The position numbers and the translations under genes are program-made. From Ophelia neglecta (lineage: Eukaryota), in assembly GCA_965285935.1 (NCBI GenBank), contig OZ260666.1:21452001-21516000 (forward strand): a stretch of 64,000 nt of DNA, read 5' to 3'. The stretch's first letter is position 1; each line of letters opens with the position of its first letter. Positions 36,101 through 49,977 of the stretch are shown piece by piece. A model generated the notes under the pieces. That model searched no databases. It was given only the letters and a program-made list of their open reading frames with translations, and was not told the origin of the DNA.

Positions 36101-39100
36101 GGGCTCTCAGTCCTGGGGCCTCTCAGCCCTGGAATCTCTCAGCCCTGGGGGCTCTCAGTCCTGGGGCCTCTCAGCCCTGGGGTCCCTCAGTCCCGGGGTC
36201 TCTCAGTCCTGGGGCCTCTCAGCCCTGGAATCTCTCAGCCCTTGGGGCTCTCAGTCCTGGGGCCTCTCAGCCCTGGGGTCCCTCAGTCCCGGGGTCTCTC
36301 AGCCCTGTGGTCTCTCAACCCTGGGGTCTCTCAGTCCTGGGGTCCCTCAGTCCAGGGGTCTGTCAGTCCTGGGGTCTCTCAGCCCTGTGGTCTCTCGGCC
36401 CTGGGGTCTCCCAGCCCTGGGGTCTCTCAGCCCTGGGGTCTCTCAGCCCTGGGATCTCTCAGCCCTGGGGTCTCTCAGTCCTGGGGCCTCTCAGCCCTGG
36501 AATCTTGTAGCCCTGGGGCTCTCAGCCCTGTGGTCTCTCGGCCCTGGGGTCTCTCTCAGCCCTGGGGTCTCTCAGCCCTGGGGTCTCTTAGCCCTGGGGT
36601 CTCTCAGCCCTGTTGTCCTTCAGTCCTAAAGGCTCTCAGTCCCGGTGGCTCTTAATCCCGGGGCTCTCAGGCCTGTGGGTGCTGATCCCGGGGCTATCAA
36701 TCCTGGGGGTCTGTCATTCCGTGGAGGACTTAGTCTGGTGGCCCTTCTGCCCAAGAGTACTTAGTCTGGGGGTCTCTTAGTCCTGGGGAATTCCTAGTCC
36801 GCAGCGGGGGGGGGGGGGGGGGGGGACTCTTAGGTCATGGACTGTCCTCGGTATCTCCTCGTCCAGGAGCATCTCAGTCAGGGGAGCTTTAAGCCTTGGA
36901 ACGTTCATATGTATGCCAGGGGTGGGGTTCGCGGAGTAATGTGAGGTGGGGGCATCTACTTTGTACCCGTATCAGGAGCGGGCCGTCTATTGTTCCACCA
37001 TCTACTGCCGAAAACTTGAGTTTGTTTCGGAAATCGGATGAAAATGGTACATTTATATCTGAAATTAGAGCGGGGGGGGGGGGGGGGGGGACGGCAAATT
37101 AGGAGATGTGGGTGGTGGACGGAGTGGAGAGGGGAGGGTGCACTCAATCCGTATCTGAACTTATGTTTTTGGATAAATCGTCCAAATATACATTATAAAA
37201 AAATAAATAACGGGGATCAATTTTTAAGTCTGTCCAAAATCACCAGGAATGATCAGTTTAGGCCCACAAAATCAGGGCTCAATCATATAACGCTAACTAA
37301 GATTGTACTTGTCTATTGGAAATACGAAATTATAACGTATAGGCCACGATTTGACTTCGAGAGGCGGTCAACCACGTTCACATTTCATTCGGGGGCGTTC
37401 TGAGTCCGCGGTATGCAGGGGGGAGGGTATCTCAGGCAGTGGAAAAGAGCAAGGGGCGATGGGACCTGGGGCTTCCGGTATTTGGTTCTTTCACATAGAC
37501 TTGGATGTTAACGTTTTGACTGTATGATATTATTCCAGTAGATGCATAGAAAACACAGGGCTCGAATCACCTGCCATGTTAATACGACCCCCACCCATCC
37601 GCTGTCGCTCACCCAATACCGGGTCATGCAGTGATAATCTGGGCTACTGGTTATCAAGTATTTTATTTACCTGTTGTATTATTTCCGCTTTAAATGTACC
37701 CGTAATATTACGTTATTTTTGCAGACCTGTTCTTATCAGTAATCGGTGGTTATCGATCGCTTAATAGCTAACGTAAAGTACAACGTACATGTACATTAAA
37801 ATTCCTGAGTTAATACTGTTTAGCAGGTAAGAGACGGCTTTAGCACAGCACCATTTGCCATGTTTACATGCTTAAACGTTTAACTAGTTCTACACTTCTA
37901 GCCTAGCGAGTTTATGAGTAATGGAAATTCCCTATTTCTCGTTTCTCAGAAGTGTGTCACCTGTTACCGCCCAGCAAAGATAGACACACAGGTATAAAGT
38001 ACATCGTATCTAACAACTATCTGATTATACATCACGACATACCAAGGATAACACATCAAATCCATTTGGTAGGATAGTTTGTTTCTCCGATATAATTTCG
38101 CCATTCCTTACCTTGTTGAAGGGAATTGTCAATTAATCTGGTAAGTGCCATTTTACTAGCTGTATTACCACACTGAGTGTTAAATCTACCATTACACATT
38201 GTAGCCAGAAGATCTATATTATATGTCTCAACGTTATAGCGGGACACGTCATCAGCCCAGGTGAAAGTCACCTGTTTTAGGTCTAGCTGACATATTAACT
38301 TTAGGATGTCTGACCCTTTTAGTCTCGGGAGTTCAGATCCGGGAGGTTTTAGTAGAGGACGTTGGAAGGGGGAGGGGGGCATAACTCACGGTGCATGGAA
38401 GATCCAACATCCAGCCCACACCACCAATATCCACCAAAATAACAAATTATATACAATCTACGGTTTAGATTACAAAGTATGTGAGCGCGCAATTCATATT
38501 TACAAAATAATTTCTCCAGCGTCCTGGGCTTAGCATTCAACCGGAAGGGGGGTCTATATTCCAATGATTGTTTATCAAGGTCACAACGAGGGAGATATAG
38601 AACAAGATATGGAACGAGACATATTACCTGTAAGGTGGGTAGGGCGGTGGTAGGGAAGGGAAGGGGAGGGCAGTCGATAGGAGTTGCCGTGCATAAATAT
38701 ACATCATCTGCCATTGACCTGGTTGGATGAGCTTGCATGGTAGCATCCTTACTAGATTTTAGGACCATCTTAATATAATTAAGTTTCAATACCACGTGAC
38801 TGGCTTCGATGGGTCCGTATATATACCTCTTTTTCTTCTGAATACATTGAAGACAGAGAAAACGATATGTAGACTTTAGTTTCTGACCTATTTAAATCAG
38901 AAAAATGGATGGCTTTTATACTATTTCTTTTCTAAGACTCAAGTCTAGGAAAAGAGCTTCCCAAACTTCCTCATCTCTATGAAGGTTCTTTACTACTAAA
39001 CATTGCAATAAACGCAGCAGTGATATTCCTTGGTTGAAAGGACGATATAATAATATAAATTCTCCTATAAGGCTGGCGTACGTGCATGCTATTAGCTTAA

Positions 39101-40737
39101 TGTTACGACTTAAGGTCGGATTCCGGGCAGGACCTCAGCTTACGTGTTATCACTTGCAAGAGTCTAGGTTTTCACTGTCTCGGGATTCGGGAAAACGAAA
39201 GCACAAGCATTCAAGCAAGAGGCGAAAAGGGGGAGAGAAGATATTAGTTGAGGGGGTCAGGTTCCGGCCGGGTCGGCCGGGTTGCTATGTGGAGTAAACT
39301 ATTTTCCCTATTAGGCCTCATATGGCGGTAAACTTCTGGGCCATTCTGTCTCCGTTTGCCCCCGCCCGTACCCCCTCCCCCCGCCACACATGCCTATATG
39401 TTAATCATGATCATGACCACCCCCTTAGGGGCCGACCATTTGATAATGTAGGGGGGGGGGGGGGAGAAAAATTTAGAAAAAAAAAGTTTGTTGGCCAGCT
39501 CTGGCCACAAAAATGGCTGTCACAGTACTTGAGAAAAAAAAATGTTTGTCTTGCACATTGTGAACAAATCATAAATGATCTTCCAGAAGAAAAAATGTTT
39601 GCAGGCGAATTATGAGGGGAAAAAAAGATTGTTTTGAAGGAGGCAAAAAAAAAAGTTAGGAAAAAAAAAATTTCTCACCCCCCCCCCCCGGTGGTCCCAC
39701 AGTCCGGGGGTCTCTCAGTCCGAAGGTCTATCAGTCCGGGGGTATCTCATTTCGGGTTTTCTCAGCCCCGGGATCGCTCAGACAAAAAAAGCCAGTATTA
39801 TCATATACGAATATTTCAATATAAATTAATTTGACAATAATTCTGTATCTCGAAGACTATTGTCAATAGGTCCCCCATTGTAGCGATTTGTAGCAAGGGT
39901 CCTCAATCTGGGGGTCGCTCCTTCAGAGAATACCGAGACCGAAGGTCCCTCAGACTGAGGTCTCTCAGTCCGGAGCTTGGAATCATCGGATTGCTTAGTC
40001 AGGCTGTTCCTAGTATGGGGACTCTCGGTCCAGAGGTCTAGGGGTCCCTCAGTCAAGGGTTTATCAGTCTGGGGGTTCTCAGGTCAAGGGACCCATCCAA
40101 GGGCTTTCTGTCCGGGATCGGTCCGAACTGTGAGTCGAAGTGCACTTTGAGTCGGGGCGTGTGAGGGGGGGGGGGGCTTTGTGTCCATGTGGACTTTGAG
40201 TCCAGGGCGCGGGGGGAGGGGGTTATTTTCCGTCAGGGAGAAAGAGAGGAGCTGCAGCCTCAGAGTCTCTAAATCTGAGGGTTTTAAATGCCCAGGATTC
40301 TCGGGTCATGGTGGTCTCGTTGGAGGCTCTCAGTTGGAGGGAGGGGGGGGGGGGGTCGGTGTCTTTTGGCCTAAGGGTTTATCAGTAACGTGTGGGTTCG
40401 TCTGTCTCTTGAGGACGGGGAGCTTTGAGTCCAGGGGACAAGGAGACCGGTGGTGGTGGTGGTGATGGTGGTTGGTGGGATGGGGGATGGGGGTGGGGGG
40501 GGGGGGATGGTGGCTGGGGTGGGGGTTTCTCCAATTTAGCTCCACAATATGTAGATATCGTGACCGATTTCGTTCCAATAGGTGGCGAGTTGACTGCGAA
40601 CTGTAATTTTTCACATGGTAAAGTACACCCGATGAGATAATCACATATTGGTTCCTATTGGGAGAGGATCATAGTAATGGGAAGAAATGAACTTACTAAC
40701 AACAGATCAAATTAATATTTGCAGGGAAATCATAACA

Positions 40738-42825
40738 ATGAAGGTAACGACGACAGACTACCTGGGGTTCCATGAGAGAATGTCTCATCTTAGGGAGATG
40801 GAGATCGGTCTGGACGGAGTTATCTGTGCCAAGGATGGAGAGTTCAGGGTCCATCTGCCATACATGGCTGCCTGTAACCAGACTCTGTTCAAGCGTATTA
40901 CTGGTCTCTTGAAACAGAACAAGAAGGAACTGGCCGTCAAAACCATGTCGGGTAAAGGTTTACAGCTCATTGTAGATTATTGTTACTCTGGAGAGATCAC
41001 AGTCTGTGAAGATAACTTTGAACACGTCATCGACGCTGCTCTGGGTCTGGAATTCCTGGACATAGTGCAAGAGTGTTTAAACTTTGCCTTGAATACAAAT
41101 GCCAATCCAAATATTTGGTGTCACTTCCTGCGAGCAGCTTTTAAACATCCTCGGTCAGTCCAACCAAAGGAATTTGTTCCTAATCTGATTTTGGATAATA
41201 TTACTAAAGTTCCCAAGGAAGCCATCATCAAAGGATTGGATGCTGCCTTCATCGGGGAGATTCTAGAACATGGGACATTGTCTGACAATAACAGATGTTA
41301 CGCAATGAATGTCTTTCTTGAGGTAATATTAACAGAGACAGGTGAAATTACAAATTACAATAATTCTTTCGTTGCAATGCGAGATATTGCGCAACCAGGA
41401 GATAAACTGATCATACCAAAAGAAGCCACTGGTACATCCATCATAACATTGACAGAGTTGTCACTGGAAATAAATTTTGTTGGCCTTATTAAAGCTTGTG
41501 TAGAAGGTTTGGTGAAAACGTCCCCTACATCTGACGTTACTTCACACGCATTGAAGTGGGCCAAGCAGTATGCTGGGTCTGAGTCTGTGAGCTATCTCAA
41601 CCAGTTATGTCTACATGCCTTCAAGGATCTGTCTCTGGACATTTCTGAGGATGAACTCTGCCTGATGCTGGACAGTGACTACTTAGGACCAATGTTAGAA
41701 TTCGATATTTTCAAAAATGTGGTGAAATGGATCAAACACAACAATACAAGTGCTGAAACAAACCATAGAGTAGTCGGTCTGATAAGATTTGGTCTGTTAA
41801 CAAAAGAAGAGATGGACGAAGTAATTGTCGAGTATGATTTACCAGGTTGTGAGGCTATCTATGTATCTGCCATGAGATACCATTTAAGGCCTATTGACCA
41901 AAGAATAGCTATGGGAAACATAAACAAACTACGACGGAAGCAGTCAACCATTTTCATCATTGGGGGACTGGATTCAGGATCTAATTATAACAAGAATGTT
42001 ATCACATCACAGGTTACCCATTTACAAGACAATACGTCCCTGTCTCCTTTAACCTCGGTGTCTGAAACCCCGTTTGCCCTTAAGAATAGTGCATGTGCTG
42101 AGATGAATGGATTTATTTTTATTTCTGGTGGTGAAAACGAATCAGGTTGTGTTGCAACGATGTTCCGGCTGGACCCTCGTTCGCATTCATGGCTGGAACT
42201 AGAAAAGATGCAACAGAAACGACGCTCTCACACATTGACATCAATAAACACTTCGCTTGTCGCTGTTGGAGGAAGGAAAGGAGAAATTAGTACTGTGTGT
42301 GTAGAGATATATGATATAACTTCAATGAAATGGACACTAGCGGCGCCAATGCCACAAGCACAAGCTCAGCATGCTGCGTCTTATGAAGACGGAGTCCTGT
42401 ACATCAGTGGAGGTAGTCAGTCTAAGACACTGTATATCTACCATGACAACGTTTGGATTGAAAAGTCTCCAATGTTACAAGTACGTCAGGGCCATGCCAT
42501 GACTAGTGTAGTTGGAATGCTGATAGTTGTTGGTGGAGCTGTGTTCCTGGATGGTAAATGTAAAGATGTGATGTCAACAGAGTGCTATGATATAATCCAA
42601 GATCAGTGGACGGAACTCTCGCCTCCTAAGTTTGCTTGCGGTTTGGGTTGCTCAGTCAGGATTAATAACTGGTTTTATATCATCGGTGGATGCAGTTATA
42701 ACGACAATGCCAGGCTGGACTGTATACAAAGATATAACATTGAGGCCGATGAGTGGGAAATGTGTGAGAACAGGCTACCACACAAAATGTGTTGTATGGT
42801 TGCAGCATGTATTAATAATAGTTGA
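40738..42825 (+). CDS. BTB-BACK-Kelch (KLHL-like) protein copy 4, 695 aa from MKVTT
   Basis: ORF 40687-42825; start placed at the MKVTT ATG shared by all five copies. Confidence 0.95.
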   Translation: MKVTTTDYLGFHERMSHLREMEIGLDGVICAKDGEFRVHLPYMAACNQTLFKRITGLLKQNKKELAVKTMSGKGLQLIVDYCYSGEITVCEDNFEHVIDAALGLEFLDIVQECLNFALNTNANPNIWCHFLRAAFKHPRSVQPKEFVPNLILDNITKVPKEAIIKGLDAAFIGEILEHGTLSDNNRCYAMNVFLEVILTETGEITNYNNSFVAMRDIAQPGDKLIIPKEATGTSIITLTELSLEINFVGLIKACVEGLVKTSPTSDVTSHALKWAKQYAGSESVSYLNQLCLHAFKDLSLDISEDELCLMLDSDYLGPMLEFDIFKNVVKWIKHNNTSAETNHRVVGLIRFGLLTKEEMDEVIVEYDLPGCEAIYVSAMRYHLRPIDQRIAMGNINKLRRKQSTIFIIGGLDSGSNYNKNVITSQVTHLQDNTSLSPLTSVSETPFALKNSACAEMNGFIFISGGENESGCVATMFRLDPRSHSWLELEKMQQKRRSHTLTSINTSLVAVGGRKGEISTVCVEIYDITSMKWTLAAPMPQAQAQHAASYEDGVLYISGGSQSKTLYIYHDNVWIEKSPMLQVRQGHAMTSVVGMLIVVGGAVFLDGKCKDVMSTECYDIIQDQWTELSPPKFACGLGCSVRINNWFYIIGGCSYNDNARLDCIQRYNIEADEWEMCENRLPHKMCCMVAACINNS

Positions 42826-45800
42826 CGTATTATAGAAATATTCTAATCACTATGCGCACGAATGCAACTATTAGTTCAAATCCAGTTTATTTACTATGAA
42901 ATGCGAGTATATGCGCTCGATGTTCATAAGATAAGGTTGATTTATTTGTTCAGATGAAAAATCATTTCCAGGTATTTTTTAAATAAACCCATGTTGTGTA
43001 TAACGCGGCCGGCTGGTTTGGTCTGTCTTAGAGCGCCGGGATGGTGATTCGATTTAATTAATTGTATTGCATTTCATCAGTCAATAACATAGGTTTTTGT
43101 TAAAGATTTAAGTCTAATTAATAAACGTGTGCAAAAGAGTTATCTGTAATTGTAATTTACTGATTTTTAGTTTCCAAACTTCGAGAACTTCACATGCTGT
43201 TTTTCCTAGTAATAGACTAAACGGGTGACATTCATCGATGCCTTATTATATCGTTTATTCATATAACTTGCACTTTAATATGTACTTAATTATCTTGATA
43301 ATTTCATTAAAGCTTGATATTAATACATTTTGTTTTTGCAGTAGATATTGTCATACTTAAAGAAAAAATACTTGCGTTTTTCGATATTTGTACATCAACA
43401 TATATAGTCATGATAACAGTTTTTAGCTATGAACATTCGATTTCCATTATATTTAATTTTCAAAATTTCTTTGACTATATTTGATGACAATTTGGAAGAC
43501 TATTCCCCAATAGTATATTATTTCGGTCACTTACTTGAGTACAGTATGCGTTTTGCCCCAAACATTTTCGGAAAAATGGGGGGATATGCATTCGGCCTCG
43601 AGGTTGTCCTGTAGTCTCCCCGCCGCCCCACATCCCCCCTCCCCGCCAACGCCCCGCCGCCCCCGCCGACCAAGCCGCCCACCGGATTAATTTGTTTTTG
43701 CTGTAATTAAGCAAAGCCTGAACGCACTGAAACGGGCTGGGGAATTTTTCGGGAATACTTTTCATAAACTACTACTGCCGAAGTTACGAACTGTATTTCA
43801 CCGCTCCCTGTTACACGTTTTAGAAAAAAAGTATGATAGATATGGCGCCGAAATTGGCAGGGAAGAAGCGCCTATGCCTGGCCATTCAATGATTAACCCT
43901 TGGGTGAAATAGGAAATAGTTAATTACTTGGCAACGGATTTAAAAAATGAAAGTCAAGCTTCTTTAATACGGCAGTAAGGCCTATATTTACTCTGGGAAG
44001 AGTTTGTCATATTTGACATTGACCCTCATTTTAAGGTCAAATTGATAAAATTAGAAATTTCAGTTTTTATTTTAGCAGTAGGACCTAGAGGTACATTGGA
44101 CACCTATAAAAAACAAAATTATTCACATTTTATCGCGTTCTCTAGAAGTATATTGAGAACCTATATGAAGCGACATTATTCGAATCTTATCGAGTTCTCA
44201 GATTTGACCTTAGGTTTCATTAACAATGTCAAACTACAGACAATGATGATTACAGCCTTTATTTTAGCAGTTAGAGTCTAAAAGTATGTTGGGAACCTAT
44301 AGGAAGCACACTTTCGCATCTTCGCGAGTTCTCCGCTTTGAGCTTGGCGTCCATTTCCAAGGTCAAATTACCGGGATGATGATTTCCGCCATTTTCTTAG
44401 CAGCAAAAGTCTAGCACTACATTGAGAACCTATATATTAACGTTGGTGGATCCCTGGGTAAAGTAATCAGAACACAAAGCCTAAGTGTCCTTTGCTAAAA
44501 CCACGCAAAGACGCACATGATATTACAGAGACCACACGTCTCGACGTACACACCTCGTATGCTGGGAAAATGGGAATATTGCTACCAAGCAATGGGAAGT
44601 GTTGGAAAATCAAAATAATTTTCAAAATGGCGACACTTTATTCTTCATAATAATTACGAACCAGACTTCAGTACCATAAATAATCTCCGTTATATTCCGT
44701 TATAAGCTCTATGGCAGATTTAATATTTACCTAACGTTGCTTACTGGCTCGGGGGACTCGCAGGGGGATATGATAGTTTGGTTCTTATAAGTAATCGGGG
44801 GCACTTACTCTGGGATCCTTCAGTGTGGGTGTCTCTCAATGCTTCAAACTTCCCGCAGTTTCTCAGTCCGGTGGCTGCCAGGTCGGGTCCCTGACTCTAG
44901 GGGGTCCCAGCCGGGGCCTCTCAGTCTGCTGGCCCTAACTCTGGCCGGGTAGGGGGAGCCCCCAGTTCGGGGGGCACTCAGTCCGGGGTCCCTGACCCTA
45001 GGGGGCTCCTAGTCCGCGTGGGTCGTGGGGCATACAATACAGGTCATAAGCATAAACTAGGGTTTTTAAAAGATGACTCCGGATGAGTTCGACGAGCTAT
45101 TGCAACGGATATCTCCCAGAATCGTGAAACCTTTTTTTTATTTATTTTAATGATAACAAGTTTTATTCTCAGATTTTTTCATCGGTGGTTAGTATCAGTT
45201 CATCGCTGGCATATCGGTGGCTTATCGGTGGTTTATCAGTGATATCGGTTGTAGACAGGTTGTTAATCGGTTATTTGTAAGATATCTTCACCGATCGAGA
45301 ATTTTAAACACGTTTAAAAATCCCAATCGGTAGTTTTTCCCCGACGAAACTCATCTTTACCCAATCGCATTTGATCGGTTGAAAACAGGGGACCAATAGG
45401 CAATATCGGTGGTAAATAGGCTTGCATCGGTTTGCCGCCCTAATCTGGCTAAGAAAACTAGCGATCTATCACCGATAGCTCTGTGGGACCATAGACATAG
45501 AGAATGATATGTGGTTTACTGTGCTGACGGTCTACATGGCCCCTGAATCCAGCATCAGTTTTTAAAACTTTGTTGCATTCTGGACATTTGTAAGTGTTCT
45601 GCTTAGGCTTCGACGGCTCTGTTTTTAACTTTCGTTTTTTTGAGCTAGGGGGTCATTTTCTTCTTCAAGTTCTGGGTCTGCCTGGATAGCAGATTGTACA
45701 CTCACTGTGTCCATAATCTCATCGCCTGACAAGCATTCTACATCCAATTCCCGCTACGATTCAATATTGTCCGTATCTATCTCAGTCTCCGTCAGAATTA

Positions 45801-46261
45801 TCTGGTCCCAGTTTATATAATCCGTCTTATTCGCTTGCCTATTTCGTGCCATTATAACAGAATATATCGATCGTTAGCGTGAAAGTAAACACATTGAACA
45901 ATTTGCAAGATGGCTGCCTTTGACGATAACGTTTAGAATCTCGCGATATTTGCGGATATTAGTGTGGTTTGGATATAAGAGGCGAAATCTGGCGGAAATT
46001 TTCCAAACTGCTAGAGCGAGGCTAAGGCCTTATCAAGGAGCTAATGGCAGCTGCGTATCTATGGATTATACATATCAATGGTGTGACTGGGGTGTTAGGT
46101 TTAAATATATTAATATTTTTTCACACATATATCGGATTTGACCGCGCCTGGTAACAGCTCCCGAACAGGTTCAATTTCAAACTATAGAAAGCCTAGTGAT
46201 CAGAAATATCAGTAACAAGAATATCATGAAACAAGTCTTTAAGACTTGGTAATATACATCT

Positions 46262-46267
46262 TTTATT
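46262..46267 (-). terminator. Candidate polyA signal of the FReD gene
   Basis: tttatt (AATAAA on minus strand) about 400 nt beyond the stop. Confidence 0.4.
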
Positions 46268-46669
46268 TCTGTTTACTTACTATAAGCAGTTTTAGAAATA
46301 AGACTGGTGGTGTTATAGATGTCAACATTGGTTTTAAGGGTTAATAAATCATTCATAGTCTAGGACAATTTGTTGTTATTTAATTAACACATCAGGAATA
46401 TAATAGACTAAATGTAGTTATCTTCAGCTTTGGAAGAATCGTCAGTTTGGCAAACAAACGACAACTTTGCAGATAATATGATCAAGAGCTTTGAGTTCTA
46501 ACACCAAGCTTCTAAATCTTAAAAATAGGATATACCAAATAATCATAAGCAGTGCCCAACACTTCAATACCAAAGATTACGTAAGGATTCATGAAGGAGT
46601 AGTATAGTGTAATAGTGTAGCAAAAATTCAGTTTGCTCTCTTTAAAGAATAAGTCAATCTTAACTTCAA

Positions 46670-49600
46670 TCAAATGGGTTGTATTTTCAGTACCATGTGT
46701 TTAAAGGTGTACCAATGATTAAAAGTGGTGTGCCAAACAATTCCGTTACCAGCACGCCAGCCCATACTTGGGTAATGTCTGCCGTTTGGATTTGCAAAGA
46801 GACAAGCATTAAACCACCATCCGCCTGCAGTATTTACAGCACAAGAACCAGTAGGACCGAGATCGTTGTCACTGTCGTAGGTCGAAAACTTCATGTTATT
46901 ACTAAGTCCCTGCCAGCCCAGCTCCGTTGTTAGACTGTCTCCGGCTGTCGAGTAGTTTTGGTAGCCGGACACGCTCAGGGTGTATTTGGAAGACTCCGGT
47001 CCCACGGAAAAGGAGGAGTATTCGGAGAAATACTGTGTAGCATTCCAAGCTGTCATCTCAACACGGAGCTTGTACGGCCGGCTTGAGGTCAGTGTGTGAA
47101 GAGCTTCTAGTCCCAGCCAGAACTCCCCACACGGATCCCCAAATCCAGCGCGGTAGTCCGCCCATGATCGGTTGAAGTTCACCGATCCGTCCAGGCGGCG
47201 AACGACAATTTGCCACCCACCATCAAATAGGCTAGTCCATGTCTGAAACGGAATTCTTCTAAGTCGATATACAATGTTTGAATAACATAGAGTCAGTAGC
47301 GAGCCTAGATTCGGCAATGGAGCTCCAATAGGCAAAACACAGGAGCCTGAAGTACACGTTCATAGAATAACGTCGAATGAAAAAAGATGCAAAATTTACA
47401 GATGGTCTGAATTATTACAGTGGAACTTGTCTAATCAGGTTAGTCATGGGGCTGGAAAAAACTGACCACATTATGTAGGTGACCTTAATAGGCAGGTCAG
47501 TTAATACAGGGATTCATAGGTTATAAAATCAGCCTATTGTTGTTATTGTTGTATTATCTACCTTGCTGTTTGATGAGCATCTTTCCTTTGAGAAAACCGA
47601 CGAAGTGTTCCCAGGAATGCCAGTTTGTTTTCCGTCCGAAAACAAAAAACAGGTTTCGTCCTCTCGGTCGTAATGGTAATGTACACAATCCGCCAAGGTA
47701 CACTGTGTGACACAGTCGACTCGAGAACTACTCTTCCTCTTTGACACGAGGGATTTGGACCATATATTCACTTCCCAATTTGACTGGTACACGACTTGCT
47801 TCTCGGGTACCGCATCTGCAGCTGAAAACAATGGTGTAACTTCTTATAGCTAATGTTTGAATGAAACCTTCGGTTGAAATGAATATTTGCTTCAGCGACA
47901 TGTTCATCAAATTAAAATTTTAAGACCAACGATGCGATTTGTTTAACTGCAGGTTTATTGTTCTTGCCTTCAGTCTGATCGTCTTGTAACAGCACATGAA
48001 ACGGAAGCAACGCCCAAAATATTGGGGTCGAATTAAATTCTTGGCAGTCAGTCCCAAAACCTCATTTTTTAAATGTGGCCCAATTTCTATATACAGTGGT
48101 CCCTGCGATGTAGGGACACCTCTACATCCATGCAAATGTGTCCTTACAAGACAGGTGTCCCTTCATCAGAGGAACATTAACATAGGAAAGATAGGACAAG
48201 GGCATTGAAAATCGTCCTATGGTCGGAGGGTGTCCCTTCATTACCAGAACCACATTGTAATTTCTAGTCCGGCATTTTTTCCATATTAGGCTATAAATGT
48301 AACCAAATGGATATGTGTCACTCGTTGCTATTATTTAGTGGTGCTATGTATTGTCATCCACTCTCTAGTCAAGGGCCATAATGGAAATAAGTCCTCATCT
48401 GCAGAACTTTTTATGCTTCCTTTTCAGGAAATTGGGAAATGTGATGGTGCCATATATTTATTGTCTTCTGTGATATACATTGTATTTTGTACACCGTCTA
48501 TTTACTTTTTCTGAATCAAATCAAATCAATCAATCAACCACTGTGATCCCAGTGTCATGTCTGCATTGTTGATTTATTCCAATACAATCGCCACTGGCAA
48601 TGTGGAACTGTATCAAAACTTGTTTAATCTATAAAACCATCATTGTTCAAACCAGCACAATATCAATTAGTTGTCAAATAATTTTAAACAAATTATATCA
48701 ATAGGTAACAAAGGGATATTTTTTCATTTTATCCATTTTCGCTGAATGCAATGCAAATCCTTTAAAACAAAGAATACCAAACCGGGATGAAAGGGTTAGT
48801 GTTCGATTAAAAAATAACTGATGTCGTCCATTGTCCTCACGATATCAAAAATGTTAGAATTTCTAGACACTGTGAAATTGTACACCGGCAGATTTTATTA
48901 CAAGTAATGATGTTGTCCTGGATTTGATACAAACGTCTACACAGGACACACTCGGTGCCGCAATTAAAGCACCTGAGTACGTAGAGCACGGGGCTGGATG
49001 TCTTATCAGATAGTTACTTAGTTCATCCACCTTTCTAGCAACTTTAAATAAAGAAGTGAAGGGACTTCAACGACAAAAAAAGAAGAAGATGCAATTAGCA
49101 GGAAAGAAACCTTACTACGAAGCAATGTTTCAAATTGATTAAGAAAAAATAGAAAAAAAATTGTAATTGGAAAGAGAATAGATGTTCATACCGTGGACTA
49201 CATTTTCATTTATCAATAGTTATAGAGAAACCAATACTCCAAAATGCAAGTTAAACCGGCCGTTCATTTATTATAAAAACCGTTTTGATCAAATCAATTG
49301 AAGTAACTTATATAACATTTTTTGCACAAACTACTTTATTAAGTCTCATACATGACGTTGCCTTACAACGTTCTGAAAGTCTGTCATCATAGAAATCTGG
49401 CATACAGGCTTACAATAAAATAGCAAATATATGACACAAATATCATATATTTGGGTGTGATTTGATTTCCAGGAGGAGATATGTGTTTTAGGAAAACAAT
49501 ATATAACTGAGAAATTTGCATAAATAAACACTAAGAAGGCGATCAGGAAAACAAACTTAAAACCGAAATGCTAGCGGAAACCACACCGACTTCCCTCCAG

Positions 49601-49730
49601 GATGTATATAAGTGAGTAAACTAGAGTTTTTAGATTTGTATTAGACAATAATACCTTCTCCTGAAGTTCCCGAGATCCATCCAAAAATGATAAAAAGAGA
49701 TAAAGTCATCTTAATGTTTGACGTATACAT
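46670..49730 (-). CDS. Secreted PAN/apple + fibrinogen C-terminal (FReD; ficolin/tachylectin/MFAP4-like) protein, 3 exons: 49730-49655, 47821-47562, 47242-46670; 302 aa
   Basis: Exon 1 MYTSNIKMTLSLFIIFGWISGTSGE is signal-peptide-like and ends G|gtatt (phase 1). Exon 2 starts ttttcag|CT (phase 1), has a PAN-like pattern (SRVDCVTQCTLADCVHYHYDREDETCFLF) and ends AAG|gtag (phase 0). Exon 3 starts tttcag|ACA (phase 0) and has FBG motifs (GGWQIVVRRLDGSVNFNRSWADYRAGFG, EFWLGLE, FSTYDSDND, GGWWFNAC). Lengths 76+260+573=909 nt, in frame. Confidence 0.88.
48094..48257. mobile_element. Tc1/mariner-pogo-type MITE in FReD intron 1
   Basis: ta|cagtggtccct..agggacacc ... ggtgtccctt..accacattg|ta inverted ends. 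Confidence 0.5.
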
Positions 49731-49865
49731 TTCTTACGGTTCTAGAATCACTTGGTGCGCTTCCCTGAGTAACTCGACGACACCACTGAGCGGAGTATTA
49801 TACAACCAGCATTAACAACGTCTCTGGTAAATACGCATGAGCAATCATTCAGGCCAATGTTCAAT

Positions 49866-49977
49866 AGGGAAGTTAAGATGTATACATGTATACGGCTATA
49901 CTTGGCGTGCTCCCATACAGCCAATTTACCCATCAAGCTATGTGGTTCACACTCAGAACATTTGTCTTAACTTCCCT
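49866..49977. mobile_element. 112-bp MITE about 135 bp upstream of the FReD ATG
   Basis: 13-bp perfect TIR agggaagttaaga / tcttaacttccct with flanking AAT direct repeat. Confidence 0.7.

Larger units (their letters stand above)
1290..45060 (+). repeat. Tandem segmental duplication of a ~13-kb unit (KLHL gene + spacer), units 1-3 plus partial unit 4
   Basis: Long colinear non-coding homology between spacers, e.g. 4600-7900 ~ 20360-23450; 10200-11220 ~ 24840-25880 ~ 37260-38300; 12500-13500 ~ 25880-26950 ~ 38300-39400. Confidence 0.95.

Noticed and set aside
45075-46085. Possible Harbinger-like fragment (atcggt repeats ending ctgtgggacc) and a CCATAGA-ended element
   Set aside because: Look like repeat debris at the unit-4 breakpoint, but paired termini and TSDs could not be established by eye.
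47243-47335. ORF-track N-terminus of the 221-aa FBG ORF
   Set aside because: Lies upstream of a good tttcag acceptor; treated as intron.
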